A DNA stretch of 61,378 nt, filler included, from Blastocystis sp. subtype 4 (GCF_000743755.1; 2 parts of 2 records of this genome joined end to end with filler, not necessarily neighbours in it), one strand, 5' to 3'; counted from the first letter of the whole stretch, positions 1-16,819 are shown. Notes: a model not told the origin generated them from the letters alone. A program made the numbers and translations.

Positions 1-303
1 ATTACGATCTCTCAGTTTCTTTGAGATCTGATCATGAAGACCCAAACGAGCAGTTCCATAGACAGCTTGTCGCATAATAGCAGCCGAGAGGCCAGCATAT
101 AACTTCGTAATACCTCCCTCACTGACAATCATACGAGCCATCTTCAAGGAACCCATACGTGCTTCACCATTTCCAACCACTTGCATTTGTACACGAGTTT
201 TCAATAAATCGACAGGGTGGACACACATTGTCGCTATGACAGCGGCACTTCCACCAGCAACATAAGGCTTGAGAGCCATAGCCATAGGATGTTCGGAACT
301 CAT
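1..303 (-). CDS. Mitochondrial carrier, 2-oxoglutarate/malate/dicarboxylate type (5' part; runs off window)
   Basis: Manual translation MSSEHPMAMALKPYVAGGSAAVIATMCVHPVDLLKTRVQ...KLYAGLSAAIMRQAVYGTARLG; PxDxxKxR carrier signature and RQxxYxxxRLG typical of OGC/DIC/DTC. Confidence 0.9.
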   Translation of the reverse strand, partial: MSSEHPMAMALKPYVAGGSAAVIATMCVHPVDLLKTRVQMQVVGNGEARMGSLKMARMIVSEGGITKLYAGLSAAIMRQAVYGTARLGLHDQISKKLRDRN

Positions 304-868
304 ACTTATAGAGAAGAAAATAAAAGACAGAAAGTAGGAAATAAAGATAATCTGACCTAAACTAGAAGAGGTCAATAATCACGAAATAGGTCACGTTAAT
401 CACATCTGATTCGACGAACCAAAAATAGACCAATCATCGTTTGGAGTTGATTCACTCATGGCGGTAGAGAATCCACTGGTTTCCTCTGATTAGTGTGCTT
501 TTCTAGTGAAGACAAAGCTTACCAATGAGTTGAGCTCATTTTAACAGCAATTATTGACAGTATGGTTCCTCATATATCAGAACTAACCTTGTAAAACAAT
601 TCTTCAACTGATGATTCTCTGTACGCTATCTGCACACGCAGTACATATGTATTGTTATAATTAATCACCTATATTACTTTCCTTTCATAATCAATTTGGT
701 GTTTCTTTGATTCCAATTCATTGCCATTTCTTAGATCCTAACTTGAATATTGGTTCATTAATATGATTGGTCGAAAGATTCGTTTCCCAATTATTCTTGT
801 TCCCTCCTCTATCTTCGTTTGCTGTGCTCTGCCGCGAGATTGGATTTGGTGTCAGAATTGCTTCCTTG

Positions 869-3800
869 ATGGCTGAAATTCCGGTGAAGATTGAGAAAAT
901 CTGTAGTCGATTACAGACTCTCCTAGATCAGTGGATCGATAGTGTTCCCATCATCTCCGAAGCCTCTGCATCAACTCTTATATCTCAATTTAATCTTTAT
1001 TCGACAGTGATGAAAGACTACCCCAAAAAAGAGGAGTGGGCACTGCACGATATGCCCTATCTACTGATGCAAACTGTTTCTCAACTATGGGACAAGGAAG
1101 AAAATACAATGAAATTGATCCAGCTTGGAATTGTCAATGCCATTCATTCGATCTACACTTGTTTGGTTCCCGTGTTATTATCGATGAATCGGACTTCTGA
1201 AAATCGGTTACCTGAATTTCTCTCATTGCTTTCCATTCTAGTATCCAAGAATTGGATGGATGATTCATAGAGTGAAGCACCCAGTGATAAGACATCAGAT
1301 GATCAGTGGAACTCCGTACTCAACAGTCTCCAAGAGACCTTCATTCCTCCTCTACTGCATGATATGATCTCGTATCCAGAAGTATTCATTGATCTTCCAA
1401 CCCATTCCTAGACTGCAATTGAAAATAAACGACAGATGTGTTTTACAATCGTATCGTTCTTCTCCTCCAATCCCAAAACTGTTGCAAAACTGTTTAGTGT
1501 TCATCAAAACGAACTAATCACACTTTCAAAACGAGCTCTTGATCAAGAAGGTTGATTTGATCAGTATTCCTTATCAGTAGATTTCCCTACACAATGCACT
1601 ACCATTGAGATTCTCTATCGTCTCCATCTGATTGCTCGTGCTACTAACAACACCACTCTTCAATCTCTCATTCATGACAATTGTCCTGTTGATGTGTCTA
1701 CACTTAAACAGACAGATTTCATTAGCCAAGCACGTCACATGTTGAACGAGTATAATAAGAAGACAGCGAATGCAGTTCAAAGCATTCCTATTCATTCCTT
1801 ATTTGTTGTGTCAACTAAGACAGAGACTTCATTAGGAACGGTTCATTGGTACTTAGCATTTCGAGTGATGAATTGTAGGCTTGATTTGGGTAAAGAGACA
1901 ATGAGTTGCTATATTGAAATAACAGATGATAGCCAACAGAGTTCTGATTTACAGCTTCTTAGTATTCGGTATTCCTTCCTTCCTTATATGACTCATAGCT
2001 GGTCTTCTCTCACATCCCTGGATCTCATTGATCGTGTGTTTTCCCTTCGAATTGTGTATACTCTTTCTTCTTCTTCTGAGAATGATTTCTTGTTACCATT
2101 CCTTCCATCAAACGAGAACTCTCTTTGTATTCGCATTGCTTTCTCAAATCAAGATGAATTCAGTATATGCAAAAAGTATCTCGATTCTCATCCATATACG
2201 ACACTCTCTGTGCAAACAGCTGCTTCTGTTAAAGCTTCTCTTTCGAATCGAACTGAACTTTCTCTTAGCCAGACTGCTCATGGATGCAAATCCTCCGTTG
2301 TGGCCTTACCAACGATGCGATCTTCTGTAATTGGTCAGCCTATTGAACAAGGAACATTGAAGGATGCAGTTCCCGAGAAGACGGTGGTTCCTGCTACCCA
2401 AGAAAGTGAAGTGTTGAGTCCAGTCACTCCCGAGAGGAAGAAGTCTTCGGCCGATGTTTTGGGATCATTACATTCGACTCCTGAGCGACCTGAAAAGAAA
2501 TCAGAAGAGATGAATCAAGATGTGAAAGAAGAGAACCTGGATAAAGAAAATGGGGTTGAAGAGAAGCATACTGTCAATCAAACCGAAGTAAACATGGCGA
2601 AACAATCAAAAGAGATCGAGAAACCAGTGGAGACGTTACCTATAAAGAAAATTACGTCGAAGAAGACAACAAATGGACGAAACAAAGGATCCAAGGAAGA
2701 TGTTAGTAGTCAACTGGCTGCATTAACTCGTCGTCGTCCTTCTGGGTTCCTCTCTCAACTAGCAGAAGCAATGGAAGATAGAACGGTTAAAGAAAATCCA
2801 AAGTTGAATTCCATGAACCAAGCTCTACCAACAAATTCAACAAAGAAACCTCTGAAGAAGAAAGAGGGAAGAAAACAAATTCCTTCCAAAGATAATTCTG
2901 CCACACAACTCCACCAGACTCCTCTTCCATCTGTCTCCAACCCTCAATCTCCATCCGCACCTCCCAAGCCAACTCCATCCACATCCAAGTCAACTTCAAC
3001 CTCACCAAACCAAGTTCCACCATCATCCAAGTCAATTCCATCATCACCAAAGCAAATTCCAACCGCATCCAAACCAGTTCTACCTTCACCCAAACCCTTG
3101 AAACTTCGTCATCCTGATCCAGAAGACTTCAGTGACGACGAAGAAACCCTTCCTATCAAACGGAAATGGAATCTATCGGAGAAGCAACCTAAACGTACTG
3201 CTACAGCACAGACAGCAGGACGAAAGAAGGCAAAACTGGTGGAGCCTGCAACAATCGAAGAGAAGCAACTAGAGATGGAAGAATCAAGCGATTGGGAGTC
3301 CGATCCGCAAAACGAAGTGAATGCATTAATGGACAAATTCAAAACCATTCTTGCCACTCCAAAGATTAAAGCGACTTCAACCGAATCCAGTCCATCATCC
3401 AATGGAAGCGAATCTGATGATGATCTGGACGACCCAAGCATTCTAGCGGTCCAGCAAGCCTTCACAAGTTGGTGAGTGATCGTGTAATCAGTCGTAGCAC
3501 TCCTACTACAACAAAAGAAAGAGAAGAAGAGACAGATCCAACAGGCTCGGAAGCAGATGGAGGAAGGAGTACGAGGAGGTATGGAAAAATTGATGCAGAC
3601 TTCAGAAGAACGATTCCAAGCCATTCTGAAGACAACACAGACCGAATCTACACAACTCCTTCAGGCTCTGAAGAATGAAGTCAGTGCTCTGCAAGCTCTT
3701 CGAGAGACCTTTGAATCGGAATCATCAGAACGATTACATCGCATTCAATCGATCGAGAAGAAGGCTTCGGAGCTCCAGAAGGGACTTGAAGTGGATGCAG

Positions 3801-4001
3801 CATCACGAACAATTGTTGAGAAATACAAACAAGAAGCCAAAAAGCTGCAAGAACGTGTCAATGCAGAATACAAGAAACGAGTGAAAATGATACAGAAGAA
3901 GAACTCTCTAAAGAAACGAAATGAAATACAGGTAGCTGAGGAAGAAAAGAAGTCACTTGTAGAAAATGATGCAGATCACGCTCAATTCATTGTCTGGATA
4001 G
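869..4001 (+). CDS. SYCP2/Red1-like meiotic axis protein candidate (ARM-like + PH-like + disordered + C-terminal coiled coil), multi-exon
   Basis: Joining ORFs through ~30-nt introns (1241-1270, 1849-1878, 3932-3962 and others) gives DFPTQCTTIEILYRL, DFISQARHMLNEYN...VQSIPIHSLF and HWLDLGKETMSCYI, resembling remembered SYCP2 N-terminal motifs; S/P/K-rich middle; coiled coil at 3557-3930. Confidence 0.6.
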
Positions 4002-4134
4002 GTAGATTGTGTATATCTTTGTTTCTTGACCGCAAATCACTTTTTAACCATTATCTGTTATGAAATCGATAATCGTGGTTTTTCAAGTTTAATAGCAGAC
4101 CTCTTTCGCTTATTCTCTTTCTCATATTTCTGCG

Positions 4135-4697
4135 ATGAACAGCCATTTCTTGTCTGCCGTTGCTCCTTATATGAAAAAGGAGGTCTTGACACATCAACAG
4201 CAAGTGTGTCGACTCTATAAGCATAGTTTGAGGGCATTGCTCTCCTGGTCAACTGATCGGGATCATTTCATGGAGCAAGCTCTAGAACTGAGAAAGAGAT
4301 TTCGCGACAATGCTTCTCTTGATCCGAACTCTGCGTAGGCTCCATTCTCTGTTAGGGTTATTTATAGAGAAGCTAAGAAACTGTTGGATGATGGCCTGAA
4401 GGAGTATGCGAAAATGGAGCACCCCGATCCTTATGTTCGTAGGTTCTGAATGGAGTCGCTTCATTCCTAGAGTCCTGGTACCCTGGTGGTGCTACTTACA
4501 TGAGAAATGCTCCTCCTCCAATGAATGTAGCCTCAAACGGTCAGTGTCATTTGTAGGTGGTTTATCCCCATGGTGTGCCCAAAGAGGTGGAGGAATCGGT
4601 TGTTCCCATCCATCCCGATGGAACTCCTTACAATTGGAGACCGAACAACGATCCTATTCTTGTTGACTTCCTAGGAAAGAAGATCTACGGTTTTTAA
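4135..4697 (+). CDS. NDUFB9: Complex I subunit NDUFB9/B22 (LYR family)
   Basis: THQQQVCRLYKHSLRALLSW..DR, HPDPYV, PGGATYMRNAPPP after removing short introns; TGTTTGTT at 4739-4746. Confidence 0.88.
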
Positions 4698-4759
4698 TTG
4701 CTTACAGAAATTCGATAATATATCTTAATGTGACAGGGTGTTTGTTGAGTTCATCCTTC

Positions 4760-6640
4760 CTAACAAACAGTATACTCCTTTTTACGAAGTTCTTCCAGCA
4801 CCTTTTCGCACCTCTGACTCTCCTCAAAAACAGTTTTCAACCCATAAATCTCTGTTAGATTCCCTTCACCTGTTGCACAAGCTATAGCCTTCTCAATGTA
4901 TCCTTTGATTTCTTCCGTATGACCCTTCATCAGGAGAATCTGAAGTAAAGCTAGATATGCAGAGAAGCAATTTTCATCCTTTTCCAATGCTGTCTTCAAG
5001 TACTGCATCGCCTCTTCATCCTTCTGGCTCACATTCATCACCAGTCGCGCCATTGCTACATATCCCTGCGGGTCATCGGGAACGGTTTCCACTGCTTGCG
5101 AATACATCTCCTGTGCCTTCAGATACTGTCCTTTGAAGAACAAGGTATCGCCATAAGCACAAAGAACGTCACCTGACTGAGGGTCCAACTCATATGCTTT
5201 CTTGAGAAGATCGAGACCTCTACTCTTCATCATCTTCAGATATACATACTTGTCAATATCGTCTTGAATATAACATGCTGCTAAAGTGATATAAGCATAT
5301 GCTGATGGCCGAATTTCGATGCTCTTCTGCAATTCCTAAAAACTGAACGAACATAACAATTCACACATTCACAGCCTGGAGCGTATTTCCAACAGTCTGT
5401 GCCACGTATCCACGCACTAGGTGTGCTTCTGCTTCCTTAGGGAATTTCTCGACCTCGATATCAGCTAGACGAATTGCCGCCTCTGCGTCCACTGGAACCA
5501 TGCAGCAGGCATATTTAGAGTAAAAATTGAGCCAATTTGCCTGGACACCTCGCTCCTGGAGAGTTTCCATCTTTGCGAACACTTCACCTGCTTTACGGTT
5601 CTCACCACACAAATAGAGCCACGTAGCTGTCTCCAGCAGTGCATTGAACAACTGGGAACACTGCATCTCCGGCTTCGCAGCCATCGCAAAATCTTCGGCT
5701 GCCCGCTTGAACATCTGACTCTTCTTCAAGATTCCACCTCGCATGAGATACAAATCTCCCTTTGAAAACACTAGATTCGGAGTTGGTCCTTCAGAGTTGA
5801 TTAACTCTGTTAGTACCTTGAGATCCATGTTAAATGCGTTGTATGTAGCACTTCTCTCACTCCCATAAAATGCTAAACGAGAAATGCAAGTTGCTTTTGA
5901 CGGAGTAGGAGGTTTGTAGAGCGGATCACGAGAACGACGAGTCATTTCAGTCTTCGCTAGACGAGACCCAATAGAAGTTTCCAATTCAGAGATCAGCTGC
6001 TGAACACGCTCTGGAAGAGACTGATTCTTGGCTTCCAGGAGACTTACTATGGTCAAATCACGAAGAGCCTTTTCTTCTTCGCCTCTCTTCGCGTAGGCTT
6101 CACCACGATTGATATACCCTTTCGAATCCAGAGGAAATAGTGAAATGACCTCTGTAAAGTCATTCAAAGCATTGCTGTACTTTTCCTACTCTCTGATATC
6201 GAATACACTAAACTCTACCATTAGGAAATAGACTTGAGCACGATTCTGGAAGAGGAGACGACGACGCTCCGGATCATTTGTTCCAAGAAGTTTAATACCC
6301 CTTGTATAACATAAAATTGCCTATATATCACCAAAAGAATGCTTCATCCACATTCTGGTACATTCTGGCAGTAGTAAAGCTCATTGCCTTACCAAGAGCT
6401 TCTTCGACTGTCTTCAGGCTTGAAGCATCATAGGTTCCATCAGGAGGAGCTGTAGTTTTCTCTTTTAGTTCTTCGAGGGGTTTACATGGTTCTTCTTTTG
6501 GCTTTGGAGACTTCTTAGTGGACTTCTTCTTGTGGCTGTAATAATAGAGAGAAAGCACGGTGATTGCAGCAGCTGCAGAAGCAAGAGCAACGGTATATTT
6601 ACGGTCTAAATATGATTCTTTTGTTATTATTATTACCCAT
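4760..6640 (-). CDS. TOM70: Tom70-like TPR import receptor with N-terminal signal anchor
   Basis: MDRKYTVALASAAAAITVLSLYYYSHKKK (TM plus basic patch) followed by many TPR repeats; probable poly(A)-made stop at 4774. Confidence 0.7.
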
Positions 6641-6792
6641 TTCCTTGTTTCTGTCTTCGTTTGAGAATGTGCAATCGCTGTGTTAAAAGGAGGGCGATCG
6701 TTGAAATGATTTAGTTAAGACAACAAACTAACTAGGATCACATTATCATAGCTATCAGGTGGTTGCAAGTACACCTCATACGAATATCAAGA

Positions 6793-8552
6793 TTATGCTG
6801 TTGGTGATAGCATTCCATACTTATGTTTTGCTAGTCGCAACACCTCTTCATGACTCTTTGATCTTCGCTTCATCACCATTTCCTTCCTCTCTTTTTTACT
6901 ATCACTTATGATCAACGAATGCAACTCATTGTCTTCTTCAAGAAGAGCACGTAGTTGCATAATGCAGATCCCTCCACACTTATTCTCTATATCTGAGTCT
7001 TCTCAAGCAAACTGACTTCCAAGATTCAGTTCCTTGATCTCTCTCCAGAATCCCAATCGAATATTATCATAGATGAGATAACCCCCTTCATTTTCAATGT
7101 GACAATGAACTAGAGACAGTGTTTTCACTTGCTCCAAAACACGTTCCAAGTCAGGAGCAGTGAGTTCTTGAAGTCCTTCATCACCAAAGGGATTCTCGCT
7201 AAGTTCCGCTTTCTCTAATGATGGCAGACATCGCCGCTGCAACAGAACGGCAACATTCCGCATTCCCTTCTTCTTGATTTGGTTCTTTGCAAGCGAAAGA
7301 AACTTTAACCTTTGCAATGGCTCATCTAGAACAGCTCCTGATAGAACCTGGAGTAATTCCGTACTAAGAGAACAATTGCTGAGATTGAGGGAAGTCAACT
7401 GTCTCAACATTCTGTGACGAATAGCAGAAGCGAGACAAATCATCGCAGAATATGCTATTGGAATTGAAGAGAGTGTCAACTTTCGCAATCGTGGATACCT
7501 ATGAACGTCGATTTGATTGAAAAGAAGTTGAAGTGTGGACGTTGAAAGTGGATTCTCTACCATTCATTCATGTCTATTAGATCTACCACTCACATCAATC
7601 TCTTGGAGCAAGATACGCTCTTCACTTCCCAATGAATTGAGAAGACTCGTGCCACCACGTCCTTTGATTCCATTCCCAGAAATACACAAACGTTGAATGA
7701 ATACTGACTGACTAATATGATTGAATAGCTTTGCTAATGCGATAGCTCCCTTGTCTCCAATTCGATTGTTCGACATATCAATGTCGTAGCATTTGAGCAA
7801 GTGATTGTTGATAAACAGAGATACAAATGCATCAATCCCTTTGACTCCAATACGTTGATTGGGAATATGAAGTGAGTCAAATTCAGGACACTGCTGTGTA
7901 GCTAACACCGATACCAATTGAATCAGATGCGCATCACTCAAGTACCACTTGTCCTTAGGCGATGGAAGAATTGTAATGGAATGAAGCGTTCGCAAATACG
8001 GTAGACACTCCAGATAGGCATTAAAAAGCGCAGGTACGAGAGGCGTATCAGAAATTGTCAACGATTCAATATTTACTTCGTTTGGAGTTGTCTTCATCCA
8101 CATCTCTGCGAGAATAGGAAAACTCGAGAGAAAGAGATGGAGATCCATAGCCGATAAACCTTTTACTATTGATCAATTTTAGTGGTCATCAATACAGTGA
8201 AAATGGTGACAATGCAATATTTGTCGTAATCCCCATAAACAGTCCTTTGTAAACGAATGAAAGGTGATAGATGTGATAATCTATTTGTAACTCCTTTGCA
8301 ACAAACGGTTCACAGAGAGATTCTTTGTTCTGTCACTTGATGATGCCTTCCGCAATTCCTCGATTGAAACTGGCGAACATTGTTCAATCGAATCCAGGAA
8401 GGAGTCCATGAATGGTGATTGTTATTTCGCAATCAGTGAAGAGAAGGGATCCAATCCGTATCCCCAAAGGTAGAATGAGTCCTTTATCCTCTGGGATATC
8501 AAGGATGAGCCCTATGGACACACTTCTTTGTCGAATAGCGCATAATGTCCAT
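6793..8552 (-). CDS. RNI-like leucine-rich repeat protein
   Basis: LxxLxLxxN repeats (LTSLNLSNCSL, LKFLSLAKNQI, IDMSNNRIGDKGAIALA) in ORFs 7003-8148; ends approximate. Confidence 0.75.
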
Positions 8553-8575
8553 TTCTATTACAAACACGATTATCA

Positions 8576-10939
8576 CTACATAGGAACATATATTCCTTCC
8601 TTATACAACTGAGCTATCACATCCTTGTACTTAGTCTTGGAGACATTTCTCTTCAACTTCATAGTGGGAGTTAGCATTCCATTTTCAATTGTCCAATGCT
8701 CACAATCCAGATATATGTTCTTCAGTTTCTCAAATCCACACAACCTGCTCTCGTTCTCCACCTTCTTCATTTCATCAAATACTACAGCCTTCACAGCTGG
8801 ATCCTTGCAAAGGTCCTCAAAGGATATTCCTTCCTCTGGAATATGTCTCTCCTTCAGACATTGTCTCAGATGATATTCACTTGGGATAACAACAGCAACA
8901 AGATAGGATTGATACGAATCGCCATAGACAAAAAGGTTCGCCACAAGAGGACACGCCTGATACACACCAGTAATCTTATCAGGACTGATATACTCGCCCT
9001 GTGACAATTTGAAAATGTCCTTCTTTCGATCCACAATCTGCAGAGCTCCATATTGATTCCAAATGGCAATATCACCACTGTGGTACCATCCATCCTCATC
9101 GAACGTGGCTGCATTGATTTGAGGCTGTCGATAGTATCCCTTTATTACATTCACGCCACGGAAGCAACACTCGCCACGACCATCACAAGGCACACCAGGA
9201 TTGGACACAGTTCCATCAGCCTCTACGATCCGTCCATGTACCTTATCAGTCACGAGATATCCCATCTCAGGCACTGATACCAACTTTGCCTCCATGGCCT
9301 TAATCGGACATCCACAGTGATCAAACGTGTTGAAGTCGGAGGGCAACGACACACAGGCACCTCCACTTGTTTCTGTTGCTCCCAGTCCCTGAAGGACATT
9401 GGTTCTATACCTCATACTTGGTCAACAGGACTACAAGAACAGAACTCGCAAGAAGAGAAGATTGTCAGCAGTAATAGGAGCTGAGCCCGTTACCATAGCA
9501 CGCACATTATCCAGTCCGACAGAACGAAGAAGAGGGGCAAAGACCAAGTTATCCCAGAATGGACACTTATTCGTGTTGTAGTGAAGAATGGTGTATTTCT
9601 ATCAATAACAGGATTCCTATAGCATTACCTTGTTCTTGAAGGCAAGATCAAAGATACTTCGCTTTATCCAACTGCTGTTCTTCACGCCCTCTTTCACTTT
9701 TCCAATAATTCGCTCCAATAACCGCGGAACCGATGCAAACACACTGGGTCGCAACTGCTTGAAATCATCCACGATCTTTCGAGTATCACCCTGACTAAAG
9801 CCGATTCCCATTCCAGCAGCAATGCAAGCAGTCTGCATAAAATGCTCAAATGCATGAGCCATCGGTAAGTAGCTAATGTAATAATCATTGCTACCAAAAT
9901 GACTCATCTCAAAGATGTAGTTCCGACAGACTGCTCCCACACTTACCAGATTCTGATGCGAGAAGATAGCTCCTTTGGGAGTTCCCGTAGTTCCACTGGT
10001 ATAACAAATCATACAATAATCCTCTCCATTAACCGTGGGAAGAGAAATCTCCGGAAGTGTCTCACCTTCCTCCATCAGATCATCAAATGAGAATAGAGTA
10101 ATGTGATGTTCTTCAGCAAGTTTACGAATATCATCTGTGATCTCGCCTCCGGCCTAGGATGAAGCCAACCTAAAACTACTACCACAATTACATTCTTGAC
10201 TGTGACAAACTTGTCAGGGAAGTCAGTAATGCTACGAAGAAGAAGCGCAGCAGATGCTGGATTACAGAGAACGGTCTTCAGCTCTGCTTCAAAACAGACA
10301 TGACTAGGAATGAGAGGAGATTCCGACATATACGCAATGGCCTCAACACCTAGAGTATCATACAAGGGAACTACAGTTCCGTTGATACGCCATACGGCGA
10401 ACTGAGACAGGAGAAGGGGTGCAGAATTCTTCATAAAGTGTCCAATAGTTCGGATCTGCCTATCAAATAACTATCATTCACGTACAGGGCTTCCATCCGT
10501 TTGCTTTTCGTAACCTTGTGTTACCGACAAAAGATCATATTTAACTAAGGCACGACTGTACGCTTCAATACGCTTTTTGGATTCTGCATACCTACGAATA
10601 ATTCTACACTAAACTAAGAGACGTGTAGAAAGTATAAGGCTGAGCTTCTCCATTGACAATGGGTCTCCATCCGACGAAGTTGGCCTCAGGGTTTAAATTA
10701 TGTGCATGTCTAAATGTTATTCCCTTAATCAAACCATACAAAAAGTTCTCGTACAATGTGTTAACATTCGGATCGTAGGATTTCTCTAATCCATCTGCTG
10801 ACTCTGGATGACGATGTATCGCGCCCTTTCCATCAACCCAATGACGAATTTGTACCGAACCCTTTTCCAAGTCCTCTGTTCCAGGTAGAATGATGGAGAA
10901 AGACTTCTTATCTTCAATTTGACTCGTTGTACTGCCCAT
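8576..10939 (-). CDS. Long-chain acyl-CoA synthetase
   Basis: ICYTSGTTGTPKG AMP-binding motif, SYLPMAH, GWYHSGDI, IVDRKKDIFKLSQGEYISP, LTPTMKLKR; N-terminal MGSTTS myristoylation-like. Confidence 0.95.
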
Positions 10940-11161
10940 CTATGATGATAGAATAATAAAATATCCGTACAAAACCGGTTGTTTTGGAACTTGCACAGAT
11001 CATTCCACTGTTCGTTAACAGTTATTCTGTCTATGCTCACAGATTCTAGAAAACGAACGCTTCTTGTAACAAGTTGATGGTGTTTTCTCTCAACAAACAA
11101 ATTAACACTTCCTTTGCGACCAAAAACTTCGAATCAAAACTTCCCTTGCAACCTTTATCAC

Positions 11162-11908
11162 TTAGAACATGCCGAAGATATCATCCCTGAACCTCACTTT
11201 CTCATTCAGTTCTTACGTGTATGACGGATTCGCAGCAACTGGAGCAGCAGAAGTAGAACCGATAAGATCATCTTCCTGAGGCTCTTCAGCCTTTCTGCGA
11301 GAACCACGAGCACGACGACGTCTTCCACTCTCTGGAGGAGGAGCAAGGGCACCATCTTCACCCACCTCCACCACATCGTCCACCTTCTTCTTGTTGTGTC
11401 TCTAGAACTCATTCACTCCTCTTTCACCTACTCTCTTGTTCTTGATAGCAACATCCACATGAAGAGTCTCTCCTTCCTGAAGTGAATAGTCCTGCTCCTC
11501 TTCATCTGACAGATCCTCAGGTTCATCCAGATACTTCTTGTACTCTTGCAGAGCAATCTTGAAGTCCAAAGCCTCGGATCTCTCCTGGAAACCAATACCA
11601 ATGTATGCTTTCTTTCGGTCCTTCTCAATTCTCATCACGAAATAACGAGACGAATCCAACACGGGCTCAATCACAGATGGACCATCATCTCGAATCATAG
11701 TAGAGGCGAAGATCTTCTTCTTATCATCCACCAGCTCAATATAACAAGTCTTTCCACGCAAAACCACATTCAGAGTTCCAAACCAAATCTGGTTCGTCCA
11801 ACCGGCAGCACGGTATCCCATACCAGTGTTTCTTGGGGGAATCTTGTATACATAGCATCGACGGATGTGACAGAGGTTCTGCTCGAAAATAATATCGTCG
11901 TCTTGCAT
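11162..11908 (-). CDS. NECAP: Adaptin ear-binding coat-associated protein (NECAP, PHear domain)
   Basis: YVYKIPPR..GYRAAGW, IEPVLDSSRYFVMRI, AYIGIGFQERSEALDFKIALQ. Confidence 0.93.
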
Positions 11909-12260
11909 TTTCTACATGGATATTAGAGGCTGTCAATATGTTGCTAAATTTCCTAATCAACCAACTCACTTGACGTACATTTAGTTCTGCTTTTGATGTG
12001 AAATGCGAGTGAACAACATTGTATTGATTCCCGCGGGAATCTAACAATTACACAACAAACAGTAGAACGGAAAGATAAGAGCATCATAGAGATGACGTAA
12101 AGATATGAGAAAGGATTATTGATGGAACTGAATTACATAAAGAAAGACACGGCAGAATCTGAAGATCTATCATGCTATAGGTATTACCTGATAGATTTTG
12201 GAATCAAGGGATATCGTGGATATGTGAGTATAATATAAGGCATATACTCATTTCCGAACA

Positions 12261-12868
12261 ATGGTATGTGATTGGATAGATTGATACTGTATCTTACCAG
12301 TTTATAGAGCGAGAAGGCTAATGTGATGCGCAACATCCGAGTTGAGAAACTGGTGATCAACATTTGTGTTGGTGAATCTGGTGATGCCGTTTCGAAGGCT
12401 GCTCGTGTTCTTCAACAGATCTCAGGTCAAGAACCTGTTTATGGAAAGGGTATGAAGTTGATTAATTGAAAGTGGTAATGTCTAGCTCGTTTCACGATTC
12501 GTTCTTTCTCTATTCGTCGTAATGAGAAGATCTCTGTTCATGCCACCATTCGTGGAGAGAAGGCTCTTGAGATTTTGGAACGTGGTTTGAAGGTGAAGGA
12601 ATATGAATTGGTGAAGAAGAACTTCTCTGACTCTGGCAATTTCGGATTTGGTATTCAGGAGCACATTGATCTTGGAATCAAGTATGATCCAAATACTGGT
12701 ATCTTTGGAATGGATTTCTATGTTCAGTTGGCTCGTCCTGGTGGTCGTGTGTCAAAGAGAAAGGCTCAACGTAGCAGAATTGGTTATTCTCATAAGGTAA
12801 CTCGTGAGGATGCCATGGAATGGTTCAAGAAACAGTATGATGGTATCATTCTCGATAAGGCCAAGTAA
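12261..12868 (+). CDS. RPL11: 60S ribosomal protein L11 (uL5)
   Basis: ATG/intron 12264-12307, then [22 protein letters not shown]...[27 protein letters not shown]. Confidence 0.98.
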
Positions 12869-12995
12869 AGTTCTATGTTATTGAGTGTCTGCCTTGTACT
12901 TTTGTTTGAAGAAACAAATCAAGTCGGTATAGAAAGTACATTCTTCACAAATCTTTACATACTCTCTTGAACAAACACATATACTCAAAATCAGT

Positions 12996-15696
<2,701 letters not shown>

Positions 15697-15920
15697 TTCA
15701 GATTCCTATAACTGAGGTCTTCCCAATAGAGGTCAACGATCTCCTTTCTAGCTTGTCAATTGGACTCCGATTTGAATCACACCCATAAGACATGTTCAGT
15801 AGTTTCTTTGATTATCAATACCATTCACACTACAAGAATTCAAATGTGATGAACAAACACGGATAAAAAGTCAACAGTAGTATCACAAATCAGCTGTTCC
15901 TACTATGCCTTACAAGTTTA

Positions 15921-16742
15921 TCAAGTACTCACATTCATCATGCTAGGAGCCACAGGAGAGGGAAGGATATACTGAAGTTGCGTCGGATCGACCGTAGTTA
16001 CTTCACCCCCATAGTTAGCACGCTGAACCATAATCTCAGTAACAGGTATGGAGGAATCTTGGATGCCAGTATCTATCATTGACTGGCTATCCTGACTTGC
16101 CTGAATCAGTTTCTTACGCAGAGCTTCCTTGGAGGCTTTGTTTCGGAGGAGTTCATTTGCAGACCTACGAACAAAGGCAAGCGTATCTTCATTAATATTG
16201 TTGACAGATTCCTTATAAAAGTACATGCAGACATCATTGATGAGACCTTCGTAACGCTCCGATTTGAGGATCACATCATTTGAGAGAGTCAGCCAATTGA
16301 TCATATCCGCTCTTGCATTTGCATCCACACCTTGAATCAACGAACTAATTACTTTCTACCATGGACAAACTATGTAGAGACTACCTTAATTGCTTGTGTG
16401 TTAAAAAGCTCAATTGTCACAGAAACACCCAGATCCTTGCAAAGACTCTTTGCCGCACGGTCCAAGTGATCTCCATAGCTTGTCGGCATGAGAGATCCAT
16501 TTTGATATCTGCGGAATCGATTGGAAAAGACATCCAGAGGTTCTAAACGTGATTGGGAATTCTCAAATGTTACCTTCTAGTGTATCCGCAGGAAGAATCT
16601 CATCAATTTCGTGAATGATTCCCTCAAGGGCATTCACAGTTAGAACTCCATACAGTTTCGCTCTCATGATATGTGTAAATACGGTCTTGACAGGAATCTT
16701 CTTCCTCTCTTTCCGTATGGGCATCGATGGTGGCATATTCAT
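15921..16742 (-). CDS. Hypothetical protein (about 3 exons)
   Basis: ORFs 16563-16814 and 15921-16340 linked by short introns; no recognised motif. Confidence 0.55.
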
Positions 16743-16819
16743 CTTGATTCCCTTGTTTGTCGAGAAGTTCTTGAATTCAAATTGCACAGATGCAAAATTG
16801 AGGGATCCCAACAAACAAG

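Noticed and set aside
330..620. Possible U3-like snoRNA or tiny gene in the intergenic region
   Set aside because: Only loose box-like words, no convincing box A/D or stems, and no coherent spliced ORF; would need an Infernal/Rfam search
2755..3624. Long antisense ORFs (also 13075-13587, 29253-29708, 40990-41421, 45124-45479)
   Set aside because: Shadow frames of low-complexity or charged coding sequence on the opposite strand
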